Positions 11,971 through 25,685 are shown, counted from the whole stretch's first letter. The stretch is DNA of 63,595 nucleotides, filler included, from Octopus bimaculoides (GCF_001194135.2; 12 parts of 11 records of this genome joined end to end with filler, not necessarily neighbours in it), one strand, 5' to 3'. The notes: a model not told the origin generated them from the sequence alone. Program-made: numbers and translations.

Positions 11971-13581
11971 CAAAGAGTATATTATATTCTGTTAAGAATG
12001 TGGTAGTGTAACCATCTACTACCTTTCATAGCAGTGCGACAAACGCGCCCTCATGGCACACGTCATGGGTCTGTCAGCGGCCACTAAATTCAAACCACGA
12101 CGAACAGAAGAGATGGCTTTGAAGTCGACGATTTTAAACTAACGGAGACAACACTCGTATATCGCCTGAGGAAACACTAGATCTCTCATTATGCAAGCAA
12201 ACTGTTGCATGATCACTTACCCGTATTCTTGTAGAACTACGTTGCATCGAAACAATTGTAGCGAAAAATAAATAAATATCCAACCGTACTCCTTCCTTAT
12301 GTATGTATATATGTGTGTGTGTATGCGTGTGTGTTTGTATGTGTGTGTGTGCTTGTGTGTGTGTGTATGTGTGTGTGTAGTTTGTTTGTTTCTTTGTTGT
12401 TTTGTTAGTTTGTTAACTTTGCGTATAAATTCTACGTTACAGTTATTAACTTGGAAAGCCTTGGAATAACCTACACTTGAAAAGCAATTTGAAAACGTCT
12501 TCCATAGTTTTCTCTCACCTTCAATAAGTTATGGAAAAACACACGCGTCATAAGTAATCATGCATTAATAAAAACACTATCTGTTTGAACGCGTTGAATA
12601 ATAAAGGAAGAAAGAGAGGAAGGGGAAAAAAAGGTGAGAGGGACACGGTGAAAGAGATAAAGAGAGACTACGCGGCAGAGAAGATGAAAAGAAGCGCAGA
12701 GCAGGATTGAGTCAGATTAAGTTCTCAAAGTTAATGTTTTGTGACATCGGCAATGAAGATGAAAGCTAGTCTTGAAAAGGTTAAGGAGCAAGGGCAGTAT
12801 ATGCGTATGCGTAAAAAGCATAAACATGTGTATGTGTCTACATTTTATGTATTTGTGTATATGTGTATATANNNNNNNNNNNNNNNNNNNNNNNNNNNNN
12901 NNNNNNNNNNNNNNNNNNNNNNNNNNNNNNNNNNNNNNNNNNNNNNNNNNNNNNNNNNNNNNNNNNNNNNNNNNNNNNNNNNNNNNNNNNNNNNNNNNNN
13001 NNNNNNNNNNNNNNNNNNNNNNNNNNNNNNNNNNNNNNNNNNNNNNNNNNNNNNNNNNNNNNNNNNNNNNNNNNNNNNNNNNNNNNNNNNNNNNNNNNNN
13101 NNNNNNNNNNNNNNNNNNNNNNNNNNNNNNNNNNNNNNNNNNNNNNNNNNNNNNNNNNNNNNNNNNNNNNNNNNNNNNNNNNNNNNNNNNNNNNNNNNNN
13201 NNNNNNNNNNNNNNNNNNNNNNNNNNNNNNNNNNNNNNNNNNNNNNNNNNNNNNNNNNNNNNNNNNNNNNNNNNNNNNNNNNNNNNNNNNNNNNNNNNNN
13301 NNNNNNNNNNNNNNNNNNNNNNNNNNNNNNNNNNNNNNNNNNNNNTATATTAATATATATATATATATATATGCATGTATATACACATTCATATATAGAG
13401 AACGATGTGTATATATGTATGTATGCATGGATCTATAGACAGACAGATAGACAGAAAGACGGAAAGATAGACAGACAGACAGAAAGACAGACAGACAGAC
13501 AGACAGACAGAAAGACAGACAGACAGAAAGATAGACAGACAGACAGAAAGACAGACAGATAGAAAGACACACAGGCAGAAT

Positions 13582-13660
<79 letters not shown>

Positions 13661-14439
13661 TGTTCGTGTACAGATGTGTGTATATAAACCAAGAATCATT
13701 TTTAATGGCACAAGAAATTTTGCATTAAGGTATGTAAGCTTTTAAAATCTGTGGTGGGGGATTTGTTTGGTCGTATGTATGTATATAAGTGAATACAGGT
13801 ATTTAAGTAGACTTGTTAGGAATGTATGAGTGTGCATATCTATGTGTATGAACACCCACACAGAGGCACACACTCAACCATAAATTCATTGGAGTTTTAG
13901 TGGTGGCAGCTGATGAAGGGGATGTTTCTATGTGGCCTGCTTGTTTGTTGCACCTTGTTTACCATTTCGTCCTTGTTCTTTTGCCACGTCATGTACCCAG
14001 TTATGTATCTATATGTACATGTAGATGAACGTATACACATACATGTACATATATATACATATGCTCATATATTGTTTTTATATATATATATATATATATA
14101 TATNNNNNNNNNNNNNNNNNNNNNNNNNNNNNNNNNNNNNNNNNNNNTTAATTAATTAANNNNNNNNNNNNNNNNNNNNNNNNNNNNNNNNNNNNNNNNN
14201 NNNGTGTCTGGGGAGGCTGACCGGAAGGGCGAGTCGACCGGAAGGGGAAAAAGGGCTGCGGTGAGGACAAGACGTGTTAAGCGACGGTCTAGGTTTGGGA
14301 AGGTTTCGGAGAAGCAGCTGCTATTCCTGGTGTACTTTGGGTCGGGGCAAGCTTCAAGGATCGGATACCGCAAGACGGACTCGCAGTGGAGGAAAGGAAA
14401 ACCGAGGTAAGGCGATTACATCTACTTGTACGCACACAC

Positions 14440-16060
14440 CACAGGGGTCAACCATCAATTACATCAACATTGAGGAAACAGATGTAACAGCAACCATAGA
14501 TGAAATGAACACATGCTCTGCCACTGGTCCTAATGGCTTCCTAGCTATTCTCATAAAGTCACGTAAGCAAACTTTAGTGAAACCACTTCAGATACTTTTC
14601 CAAAGTTTCCTTGCAAGTGGTATACTTCCTAAAAAAAGCTGGAAGAAGGCATTATATGCCCTATCCACAAAGGTGGAAGCAGAGCTGAGGCCAAAAACTA
14701 CAGGTCAACATCAGTAAAGTCATGGAGTGAATCATCAGAAAGAAGTTGATAATGTTCCGAGAAGAAAATGACCTACTGAACAATGCACAGCATGGTTTCC
14801 GTCTGGGAAGAAGCTACCTCACACAACCCCTACAACACTATGACTGGGTTTTGAAACAGCTGCTTGACTATTCAGGTGTCAGTGTGATATACCTTGACTT
14901 TGCAAAGGCATTTGATAAGGTAGATCATGGCATGATATGTCATAAGCTACAAGACCCTGGCATCGCTGGTAAACTGGGAAAGTGACTGCATGACTTCTTT
15001 AATAACAGAAGTCAAGTAGTTGCAGCCAATGGTGCCCTTTCTGAGGAAACTCAAATCTTGAGTGGTGTCCCCCAGGGAACTGTTCTGGAGCCATTACTGT
15101 TCATAATAGCCCTCTTAGACAGGCCCATGTTCAGTCGGACAGCCACTATCACTAGCTATGTGAATGATACAAAATATTCACAGGCAATAAAAAAACCAAG
15201 ATGATGTCACAGGCTTACAGCAGTATCTAAACTCAATATACAAGTGGGCTGAAGTAAACAACATGCAGCTTGATGCTGGAAAATTTCAAGCACTGCACTA
15301 TCAACTCACAAATACAGTACAATCTACATATACAGGAACCGAAGGCACTACAATCCCAGAGTCACAGGCAGTGAAAGACATGGGGATCAGTAAGATGGCA
15401 GCAAAGTGCAGACAACTGGCAGGATGGATACTGAGGTCCTTCAAGACAAGAGAGCAAGAAACTATGTTGACCCTGTGCCAAACTAACAGCAGAGCTTGAA
15501 GCAGTCCAATGCCGCTACACTAAAAAGATTGAAACAGTGCAGTGGATGAGCTACAGGGATAGGCTGACAAAACTACAGCTTTACTCCCTGGAGCGGAGGT
15601 GTGAGAGATATGCAATAATATACATATTGAAAATCCTAGAAGGGCTAGTACCTAACTTTGGCATTGAATGTTATACAAATGCCAGAACTGGCCGCCATTG
15701 TATTGTATCAAAGGTACCATCCACTAAATTCAGGACTAGGTACTGCAATAGTCTAGGGTTCAAAGGCCCACAGCTCTTCAGTACCCTGCTACAGAAATTA
15801 AGAAATTTGCATAAGGTGGAAGTAGATGTCTTCAGAACAGAACTAGACATCCTCCTCTCCGCAATACCAGAAGAACCAACAGCACAACATGAGGTACAGA
15901 CGAGGGCAGCAGAATCAAACTCAATTATATATCAAATGTACCAACAGCTGGGACAAAGGCACATACAGGAGTGGTGATGTGAGACACCCATACTGAGGAA
16001 GTTAGAAAGATCATGGTGGTGCTCCTGCATGATCACAGTTGCATGGCTGAAACAAGTAAT
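14440..16060 (+). mobile_element. CR1-like LINE RT and 3' end, decayed
   Basis: QHGFRLGRS, IYLDFAKAFDKVDH, SGVPQGTVL and LQLYSLERR motifs, with many stops and frameshifts. Confidence 0.85.
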
Positions 16061-16181
16061 ATATATATATATATATATATANNNNNNNNNNNNNNNNNNN
16101 NNNNNNNNNNNNNNNNNNNNNNNNNTTAATTAATTAANNNNNNNNNNNNNNNNNNNNNNNNNNNNNNNNNNNNNNNNNNNN

Positions 16182-16224
<43 letters not shown>

Positions 16225-16302
16225 ATATAAAGTGATGGCATGTTGTCATCTTCATGTGACAGTCCTATGAAAAGGAAGAATGCTACTGCTATTAGCCCTA
16301 CG

Positions 16303-16466
16303 ACACATTGTTTCCTGTTGACCTTGATACATTTCTTGTGTCCTTATGTTTATAAAGGGGAGATAGGCACCTTCGCCCAGGAACGCCAGCATCCAGAGAC
16401 TAGTTACAGAGTCATTGCTCATCATAAGGACACAGGAAATGTGTCAAGGCCAACAGGAAACGGTGT
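16303..16466. mobile_element. Small MITE-like inverted repeat (~45-bp arms)
   Basis: acacattgtttcctgttgaccttgatacatttcttgtgtccttatg versus cataaggacacaggaaatgtgtcaaggccaacaggaaacggtgt (reverse complements with few mismatches). Confidence 0.6.
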
Positions 16467-17294
16467 TCCTTAGGTGCTCTTGGGGACAGTTCTCAGAGTG
16501 AGCTCACTTGTGAGAGGTTTAAAATGTTTGGAATATTCTCACTAGAGCTAGCAGCAAATGCGAAAATAGGAGCTTGATACAGTTGTTTTTGTACGTATTC
16601 TATGTAGTTACAACTGCACTCTTTAATACTTTGCACTTACGAATTGAGTTCTGTAATCTATCTCTCTTCGCTGAATCAATACAAGTACATAACAACGCCA
16701 TTTTTTTATTACATAAGGGTTGTCAAGTTAAATTTAATAAAAATAACAAATTGTTACAAATTTTCAGGAATATTAAATTTTTCTTGTCTCAATATGTAAT
16801 TAGTTAGCATGTGTGGTTATATAGTCGTAACACTAATTCTTAAAATATTATTTTCTAGAAATATGAAAATAATTCAGTTAGAGTTAGTTTGGTTTAAATA
16901 CTGCTTCTTTAAAATTTGCAGACAATGCTTTTTAATGGCTGCAACGCGTAAAATATTCATGATTAATTACATAATTCTGTTTTCTATGTTTTATAACAGA
17001 TTTAAATACACATCAAACGTATTTTAATATATATTAGTGAAATTTCTTTTATTACTTCTGCACAAAATACAGGAAATAGAGTAAAAATCGGCTGCATATA
17101 ATAAAAAATAATGTTATAACTGAAACTTTTTGAATTTTAATACAATTCAGTTTAGAAAAGAATCAGGCGTTGGGCTCTGTTAAAGAGGGCCGAAATATTA
17201 ATCAATAAATAACATTTTTCAAATGTATAGAACTTTGGTGATTTATAAGAAGCTGAAATTTAAGTGTACTCAAAATATTAAAACTAAGAAAAAA

Positions 17295-17449
17295 GGCTGT
17301 GTGGTAAGAAGCTTACTTCCCAACCACATGGTTCCGGGTTCAGTCCCACTGCGTGCAAACATGAGTGTCTCCTTACTATAGCCTCGGGCCGATCAAAGCC
17401 TTGTGAGCCGATTTGGTAGACGGAAAATGAAAGAAGTCCGAATATATAT
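17295..17449 (+). mobile_element. SINE family D, 5' half (tRNA-like head), ending at a gap
   Basis: ggctgtgtggtaagaagcttacttcccaaccacatggttccgggttcagtcccactgcg...tagacggaaaatgaaagaag. A D-type 3' half lies at about 18005-18195. Confidence 0.8.
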
Positions 17450-18282
17450 NNNNNNNNNNNNNNNNNNNNNNNNNNNNNNNNNNNNNNNNNNNNNNNNNNN
17501 NNNNNNNNNNNNNNNNNNNNNNNNNNNNNNNNNNNNNNNNNNNNNNNNNNNNNNNNNNNNNNNNNNNNNNNNNNNNNNNNNNNNNNNNNNNNNNNNNNNN
17601 NNNNNNNNNNNNNNNNNNNNNNNNNNNNNNNNNNNNNNNNNNNNNNNNNNNNNNNNNNNNNNNNNNNNNNNNNNNNNNNNNNNNNNNNNNNNNNNNNNNN
17701 NNNNNNNNNNNNNNNNNNNNNNNNNNNNNNNNNNNNNNNNNNNNNNNNNNNNNNNNNNNNNNNNNNNNNNNNNNNNNNNNNNNNNNNNNNNNNNNNNNNN
17801 NNNNNNNNNNNNNNNNNNNNNNNNNNNNNNNNNNNNNNNNNNNNNNNNNNNNNNNNNNNNNNNNNNTATATATACGTGTATAGTAACAAAATGGGAGGAG
17901 GAGGATTTCGATCGACCAGACGTGGTGAGTTGTAATGCAAAAGATATGTATATAAAATAAAAGAAGGAATGTGTATGTGTGTGTGTGTGTGTGCGCGCGC
18001 GCAAGAGTGTGTGTATTTGTGTCTGTGTTTAGACCACCAACTCTCATACCGTTTGACAGCCGTTTTTCATGTGTTTACGGCCCCGTTTACTAGCGGTTCG
18101 GCAAAAGGACTGATTGAATTAGTACTCGGCTTAAAAAAAATAAGTTTGTGATCGAGCAAAGCCGCGGTCAACTGACTGAAACAAGCTAAAGAATAAAAGG
18201 ATAAACGAATAAACTAAATAGAGATACACAAGCATGCAACAATACATGTACATACATAGATACTGACGCTGTGCTTATATAA

Positions 18283-18515
18283 GGCGGTGTGCTGGCAGAA
18301 ACGTTAGCAAGCCGGGTGAAATGCCTAGCGGCATCTCTTCTGCTGCTACGTTCTGAGTTCAAATTTCGCCGAGTTCGGCTTTGCCTTTCATCCTTTCGGG
18401 GTCGACAAATTAAGTACCATTTACGCACTGGGGTCGATATAGTCGACTTAATCCGTTTGTCTGTCTTGTTTGTAATCCCAGTGAGTAGCCCCTTGTGGGC
18501 AGTAAAGAAATAAGA
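18283..18515 (+). mobile_element. SINE family C
   Basis: ggcggtgtgctggcagaaacgttagc...ctgagttcaaatttcgccgag...ggggtcgatatagtcgacttaatcc...agtaaagaaataag. Confidence 0.8.
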
Positions 18516-18557
18516 TACTGACAGAAACACTCGTACGTGTATGTACGTATCAACATA

Positions 18558-19417
18558 TACGGTGGGCGAAAATCCGCGAAGGTATTTAGATGTTTAATAA
18601 CTTCTTTATTTTGTTTTTGTTTTAAATTTATAATACCACAGTATCATATACAGTACATATAGAAATAAATTTAAACTAAGTATGTACATTCACAACCCAT
18701 AAATAGCATCCATCTTCTGCTTCTCACAAACGTATCATTTCCAAAGTATTTTCCATGGCAGCCCTTAATATTCCTGGTTCCAGTACCCTGGTTTCGGCCC
18801 GAATATTATTTTTAAGTTGTTGAAATATCTGAGGCTTGTTAACATAAATTTTTTCCTTGAGACAGCCCCATAGGAAGTAGTCAGGATCCGTCAGCTCTGG
18901 AGAACACGATGGCCAGTATATGTCACAACCGCTTAAAATAATACTTCCCTCAAAAATAAGCCTCAGCAGTTGGATTAGGGTTCTTTCATATTTGACTCCA
19001 GAATATCCAGGCCACCTTCACGTTGATTTGCTTTGGGCTTCTTCAACACCACTTCTTACACGTCTGATTGTAGCTTCATTCCAAAGGGAGCGGACTGTGC
19101 CATTTCGTGGAAGGCCGCTTACTGAACCCTGTCCATCAAACCGACTAATCAAACGTCTAATCATTGATTCGCTTGAAGAATCTCTCACGCTGTAATGACA
19201 ATGATACGCCCGTTGACTTAGAATTACTGATCCTTGACTTTCAAACTAAAATTTCATAATTCGTGTGCTGTTCGGTCGTGAACATTCCTATGGTCCATTT
19301 ATAAGTTCTTCTTTATAAAATCTGTAAAAGAAATAACAGAAATTAATTTTTCCCCCACAAAAATTATTAGATATTGCAACCTCTTTATGAATTTTTGTCC
19401 AGTTTGTAAAGCTGTAT
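18558..19417 (-). mobile_element. Internally deleted Tc1/mariner-superfamily transposon
   Basis: Minus-strand peptides QGSVILSQRAY...MIRRLISRFDGQGSV (N-terminal HTH) and WPSCSPELTDPDYFLWGCLKEKIYVNKP (catalytic C-terminal motif). Ends approximate. Confidence 0.75.
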
Positions 19418-19430
19418 ACATTACGTATCT

Positions 19431-19482
<52 letters not shown>

Positions 19483-19491
19483 GCATGCACA

Positions 19492-19820
19492 TGTAGGAGT
19501 GATTGTGGGATAAGAAGCTTGCGTTCCAGCCACATGATTCCGGGCTCATTTCCACTGAGTGACACCTTGGGCATGTGTCTTCTACTGTAACTTCGGGCCG
19601 ATGAAAGCCTTTTGTGTGGATTTGGCAGATGAAAACTGAAAGAAGCCCATCGTATATGTGTGTGTGTTTGTGAGTGAGTGTGTGTATGTATTTGCGTATC
19701 TTTGTTTGTCCCCCTCCCCACCATCGCTTGAAATCCAATGTTGTTGTGTTTATGACCCCCGTAACTTAGCGGTTCGGCCAAAAAGACCGATAGATTAAGT
19801 ACTAGGCTTAAAAAGAATAA
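19492..19820 (+). mobile_element. SINE family D, 3' end replaced by a hammerhead SINE
   Basis: D head and body run to aagtactaggcttaaaaagaataa, then the tail of hammerhead SINE 3a begins. Confidence 0.8.
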
Positions 19821-20000
19821 TTATTTACATTATTTACATTTGACGGATATTTGTCCTCATCCTGTTTGTTGTTAAAACAACGTTTTGGCTGATAAAGCCT
19901 TCAGCCTTCATCAGGTGTCTTGGGGAAATTTCGAACCTCGGTTGAAATTCCTAAGGTACTTTCCGATGTTATTATTATTAGTATTGCTGTTGTTGTTGTT

Positions 20001-20049
<49 letters not shown>

Positions 20050-20120
20050 TCACTGTTTGGAATCGAACTCGGAATCTTGGGTTTATTAGTCCGCGCTATT
20101 AACCACTACGCCATATGCCC
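19820..20120 (-). mobile_element. tRNA-headed hammerhead SINE, copy 3a
   Basis: Reverse complement reads gggcatatggcgtagtggttaatagcgcggactaataaacccaagattccgagttcgattcc, (AAT)n, hammerhead motif at 19875-19918. Confidence 0.9.
19875..19918 (-). ncRNA. Minimal hammerhead motif with G12-to-A core change
   Basis: Sense: acac CTGATGA a ggctg aaggctttat cagcc AAAA cg tt gttt. Confidence 0.55.
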
Positions 20121-20122
20121 AC

Positions 20123-20217
20123 GGGCATATGGTGTAGTGGTTAAGAGCGCGAGCTACTAACTCAAGATTCCCAGTTCGATTCCAAGCAGTGACCTGAATA
20201 ATAATAATAATAATAAC

Positions 20218-20251
<34 letters not shown>

Positions 20252-20265
20252 GCAATAACAATAAC

Positions 20266-20314
<49 letters not shown>

Positions 20315-20332
20315 TCCAAAAATACCTTAGGA
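20123..20332 (+). mobile_element. tRNA-headed hammerhead SINE, copy 3b (stops before the ribozyme; head-to-head with 3a)
   Basis: gggcatatggtgtagtggttaagagcgcgagctactaactcaagattcccagttcgattcc, (AAT)n, aacatccaaaaataccttagga. Confidence 0.85.
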
Positions 20333-20446
20333 GTGGCGGATGTATCNNNNNNNNNNNNNNNNNNNNNNNNNNNNNNNNNNNNNNNNNNNNTTAATTAATT
20401 AANNNNNNNNNNNNNNNNNNNNNNNNNNNNNNNNNNNNNNNNNNNN

Positions 20447-20479
<33 letters not shown>

Positions 20480-21269
20480 CCTCCTCATGTAGACACAGTT
20501 TCTTTCTTACATAGAAAAAATGTTAGTATATGTTTTTATAAATTGCAATATTACTCCTCGTATAACTTCCTTATAACCTTCTCAGAACTCTGTTTACACT
20601 TTACCTAATACGTATAATACAATACATCTAATAATAATGATAATAATAACAATAATTGATTCATTTGTATGCATGTATGGACATTTATGTATGTATATTT
20701 AAATGTACATCTATGTATTTATGCATTTATGTTTATTTATGTATATCTATGTATATGTTAAAGTATGCATATATATGTGGGTTTTTACAGTTTTATATTT
20801 TTATATTTTTAACTTCACCTTATGAACTTTATAAAATCGCTGAAGAGGCCTAGAGAATCATCCATGTACCTGTACTTCATCTATTTCATCTATTAATTAC
20901 TCCAGTCTACTGGAGTGATAAAGATAGAATGAGGCATGTCACCTCTGGACTGAAACAGCTGTAAGATATTATCCCATTTTCTGTCATTATTTATAATTTT
21001 TATAATTAGATATGACATAATAGGTCACTTGTCCTTTTAGTAAACAAATAAACAAGTAAATTGACATAATACAATGTCTGCAAGTTGATGAATACCACCT
21101 ATTAATCCCCTCCATTTTCTTATTGCTATATATATATATATAATTTAATTTTCACATTCGACAATTTCGAATGATAATATCAGCATGTAAGGAAAAATAT
21201 TAATTATAATAATAATTAAATTAGTTATGTATTAGCATTCTCGTCAGTGCAAAAAATTACATTTATATA

Positions 21270-21487
21270 AGTGTATCCAATTTTACATACACACATGTAT
21301 ATTTGTGTACGTGTATGCAGATGCTTGATCATACCTGTATATGTTTATGTGCGTGCATGTATGTTATTTTTTGTGTGTACATGTATATTTATGTTTGTAT
21401 GTATATATGTATATGTATATTCATATGTGTATGTATATATACGTATGTATGTGCGTGTGTGTTTATTTGTATGTGTGTATGTATATG

Positions 21488-21521
<34 letters not shown>

Positions 21522-21614
21522 TATGTCTCTCTATATATATATGTATATATATATATACATATATGTGTATATAGTGTATGTGTGTGTGTGTATGTATGTA
21601 TGCATGTGTGCACA

Positions 21615-21645
<31 letters not shown>

Positions 21646-22030
21646 GTGTGTATATAGGAATGTACATGTATATAGGTGTATGCATTTTTACACGCACACA
21701 TTAATTTTTGTGTATGTGTATATCCAGTTGTTTGATTATATACATGTATATGTGTGTTTATGTAGGTGCATGTATATTGGTTTTTTGTGTATACAAATAT
21801 TTGTTTTATGTTTTGTGTATATGTATGTGCGTGTATGTATGTGCGTGTATGTATGTGTATGTATATATGTATATCTGTATGTGTGTATATGTATATATAT
21901 ATGTATATGTGTATATATGTATGTATTTGTGTATCTAAGTATATGTGTATGTATATATGTATGTACGTATGTATGCATGTGTGTACATGTGTGCGTATAT
22001 ATGCATATATGTATGCATGTGTGTTCATAG
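21270..22030. repeat. Degenerate (TA/TG) low-complexity tract
   Basis: Alternating purine-pyrimidine runs that generate the spurious Y/I/C/V/H/T-rich ORFs. Confidence 0.9.
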
Positions 22031-22458
22031 ATATATTCTTTTATACGAATAACTAGGTTTATATTTTTTAGTTTATTATTATAATTTTTAGATTTTTATT
22101 TTTTCATATACCTATGCGAGTATATGTTTTTGCTTTATTGTTTTTTCCTATATATACATCCATATAGTTCCTGTATGTAGGTTCGTGTGTATTTATATGT
22201 TCTTTTGTCGGTGTATGTGTGTGTGTGTGCGGGCGCTTTGGTGTATAAGTGTGTATTCCCTGAGAATTAATTTTTTCCTTAATATATTTTTATACATTTA
22301 GAATTATCTCCCCTCCGCTATAACTCTCCGACCCGTAAACAGATTTTTGTAAACAAATCCTCGTTTTTTACGAATTATTTATGAACAAGTTTTTTCTAAT
22401 GGCAGTATGTATTTTTCTCTATCAAAATTTTAAACTTTTTTCAATGCACACCACCCAT

Positions 22459-22785
22459 AACGGAACAGCCTGCTCGTTAAATTAACGTGCAAGTGGCTGT
22501 ACACTCCACAGACATGTGTACCCTAAACGTAGTTCTCGGGTAGATTCAGCGTGACACAGAGTGTGACAAGGCTGGCCCTTGAAATACAGGTACAACAGAA
22601 ATAGGAAGAGTAAAAGTTGTGGTGAAAGAGTACAGCAGGGTTCGCCATCACCCCATGCCGAAGCCTCGTGGAGCTCTAGGTGTTTCTGCTCAATAAACAC
22701 TCACAACGTCCGGTCTGGGAATCGAAACCGCGATCCTACGACCGCGATCCTACGACCGCGAGTCCGCTGCCTTAGCCACTGGGCC
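22459..22785 (-). mobile_element. SINE family B1, partial
   Basis: Homologous to 3427-3807. Head runs into the gap. Confidence 0.85.
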
Positions 22786-23124
22786 NNNNNNNNNNNNNNN
22801 NNNNNNNNNNNNNNNNNNNNNNNNNNNNNNNNNNNNNNNNNNNNNNNNNNNNNNNNNNNNNNNNNNNNNNNNNNNNNNNNNNNNNNNNNNNNNNNNNNNN
22901 NNNNNNNNNNNNNNNNNNNNNNNNNNNNNNNNNNNNNNNNNNNNNNNNNNNNNNNNNNNNNNNNNNNNNNNNNNNNNNNNNNNNNNNNNNNNNNNNNNNN
23001 NNNNNNNNNNNNNNNNNNNNNNNNNNNNNNNNNNNNNNNNNNNNNNNNNNNNNNNNNNNNNNNNNNNNNNNNNNNNNNNNNNNNNNNTATATATATATAT
23101 ATATATTTACAGTATCATTCTTTT

Positions 23125-25670
23125 CTATCTTGACCTATCGACTTTCCATCGTCGTGGAGGCCTTCCAAGTTGCCTCTTCCGGTCTCTTGGATACCATTCG
23201 GCATCTGCGCGGTTCCATTTGTGAGCCTTGTCTGTGAGCATTGCAACATGTCCGGCCCAACGGAACTTGTGCCTTCGGCTTTCTGCGATCGCATCGCTCA
23301 CTCGGCTCCGTTCTCGAATTATCTCATTTCGAATACACTTTCGTATTGATATTCCTAGCATCGCCCTTTGTGTCGCAACCAATGGATGTTACATCCCTTT
23401 CGTTAAAGCCCAAGTTTCACTTGCGTATGAGAGCGCAGATATTGAAGTCTCTGATACCGTATGGTATTGTCAATCTTTATTTCGAGCACATCCGTATTGA
23501 GGCAAACATCTTCTAATCTGTTCTTATTCTCTTTGAGTTTTCTGCATCTATATCTCGGTGCATATTTACTGTGTGCCCTAAGCAGACGTTCTACTTTACC
23601 TTCTTGATTTGATCGTTTCCCACCTCTATTCTATCATGTGCTTCGTCTTCCGACGCTTATATTTCGTTTACATGCGGTTCATGTTCAAGTCTACTGCTAT
23701 CCTATGGTTGTCCAGCCCTCTCAGCATGGCATGCAGCTGGTCTATGGTTTCAGTGATGAGTACAATGTCATTTGCGAATTGAAAATGTGTTAGTTGCTCG
23801 TCATTGATGTTCACGTCACCGGTCCAGTCAGTGACCTTGATGACCATTTCTAGACATGCGGTAAAGTGCTTTGGAGAGATGGTATCTCCTTGCTTGAGAC
23901 CTTTCCCAACTGGAACCCTTACTGGTGGTGACAGCAGAACTATATCCGTAGTGCATCCAGAGTTCGCATCTTTGAGTAGTTTCATGTATTGTGCCTGGAC
24001 ACCCTGCATTTTCAGGGATTTTCTCACTGCGTTCATCTCGACGCTTTCAAAGGCCTTTTCGTGACGAACAAAAGCGATTCGCAGAGAAGCTTTTATTCAT
24101 TTGCTCGTTCTATAAGCTATATAAGAGTGAATGTGTGATCTATTTACTGTAGTTCCTATGGAAACTTGCTAAATCTTCTTATTACCTTTCTTATGAAGGG
24201 TGATAAAGAAAGCGTTCGCTTACAAACTATTTAACTCTTTCCACCGTGAGGGTATTTTGCATTCCTTCAGATAGCGATCGATGCGTAGAACGAGGATTTC
24301 CCACAGCTCTTCACCTCAACATCTTAACATCACTGTTGTGATACCATCTTTCCAAGGAGCCTTGTCTGTTTTCATCAGTTTGAGGGTATTTTCAATTTCA
24401 CTGACCAGAATAGGTGGTAATTCTTCCATCATTTGTGTCGGTGGAGAATCATCGCTGATGATTTTTAAAAAGTTGGTGTAGAAGGTTTTTCATACCTCTT
24501 CCATTTCCCATTTGCTTGTCCCCGTAAACCCATCCTTGTTCTTAAGCGTCGTCACCTCTGACCTATAGAATGCCAGCCCTCTCGGCATCTTTTTAGACTT
24601 CTTTCCACTGCAGGCTACCTCAGTTTCTTCTGCTAGTTATTTCCTAGATGTTGTCTGATTACTTTGCAAAGATCGGAATAGTTGAGGTAATATTTCATGT
24701 TCCTCTTCATAGTTTTGTTTCTGTAGCATCTTCTTCACCTCCGAAATTCTTCCTTGCGGCTTTTGCTGGCTTGCAGTTCTTGCTTTCCAATATACAGCTT
24801 TTAATTTCCTGGACCAGCAAACTGTAGTCCTCATTGAGCTCTTCAAGTTTACTCTAAATTTCCTTCTTGATAGTTTCTTGCAGTTGCTTCACATCAAAGG
24901 CCTTGATATATCGATTCTCTATTGAGATGTGCAGAGCCTTATTCATCTTGATTACATTGATCTTGATCTTAGCCTGTAGCAAGCGATGATCACTGCTTGT
25001 GTTGAATGGTGCTATTACTGAGATATCTTGCAGTGTGCGCCAATATCGATCAGGATGTAGTCAATTTAGTTTCCGTGATGAGCGTTTGGGGCTATCCAGG
25101 TTCATTTCCTTCCAGGTTGTTTCCTGAATTGGCTGTTCCCAATGTAAAGTCTTCTTGCTTCTGTCATGGTAACCAAGCGTACTCCTCTTTTGTTTCTCTT
25201 TTCTGATCCAAACTTCCCAACCTCGTATCTCTTTCCCTGAGGTCATTTTGCCAATCCTTGCATTGAAATCTCCGATCACTATTGTATAAGTGGGTTTGCG
25301 AGCGAGCGCTTTCTTTAGCCTTTAGTAGAATCCTTCCACTTCATCGCTTTCGTTCGCATTTGTGGGAGACACAGGTCTAGATGATCTTCAAGGTAGCATT
25401 TCTTGAGCGATGAATGTTTAGCCCTCTGATGCGTGAAAAAAGCAATTGACAAGAAACAATTTTCGGAGCCCATTCTTTGCTTGCAATGAACCCTACATCA
25501 CTTGTTGCTCTCGCACCTTCTGCTTTTCCCAGTCTCACAACACTTACATCTGTCCATCTCGCATTTATTTTTTTCCCTCGATGTGTTTCATAGACCCGTA
25601 GCACATTGCATTTGAGTTTATTTTCCTTCTTCATTACATGGGTAATTCCAGTTCTTCCTGCCAAAGACCT
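23125..25670 (-). mobile_element. RTE-clade LINE (APE plus RT), decayed
   Basis: IGDFNARIG (APE), GLKQGDTISPKHF and QFANDIVLI (RT), RWAGHVAML and KRQLGRPPRRW (RTE C-terminus). Confidence 0.85.
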
Positions 25671-25685
25671 GAAATAGTAGGTAGA

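Noticed and set aside
14203-14440. GC-rich segment preceding the CR1 fragment
   Set aside because: No interpretable frame or second copy; left unassigned.
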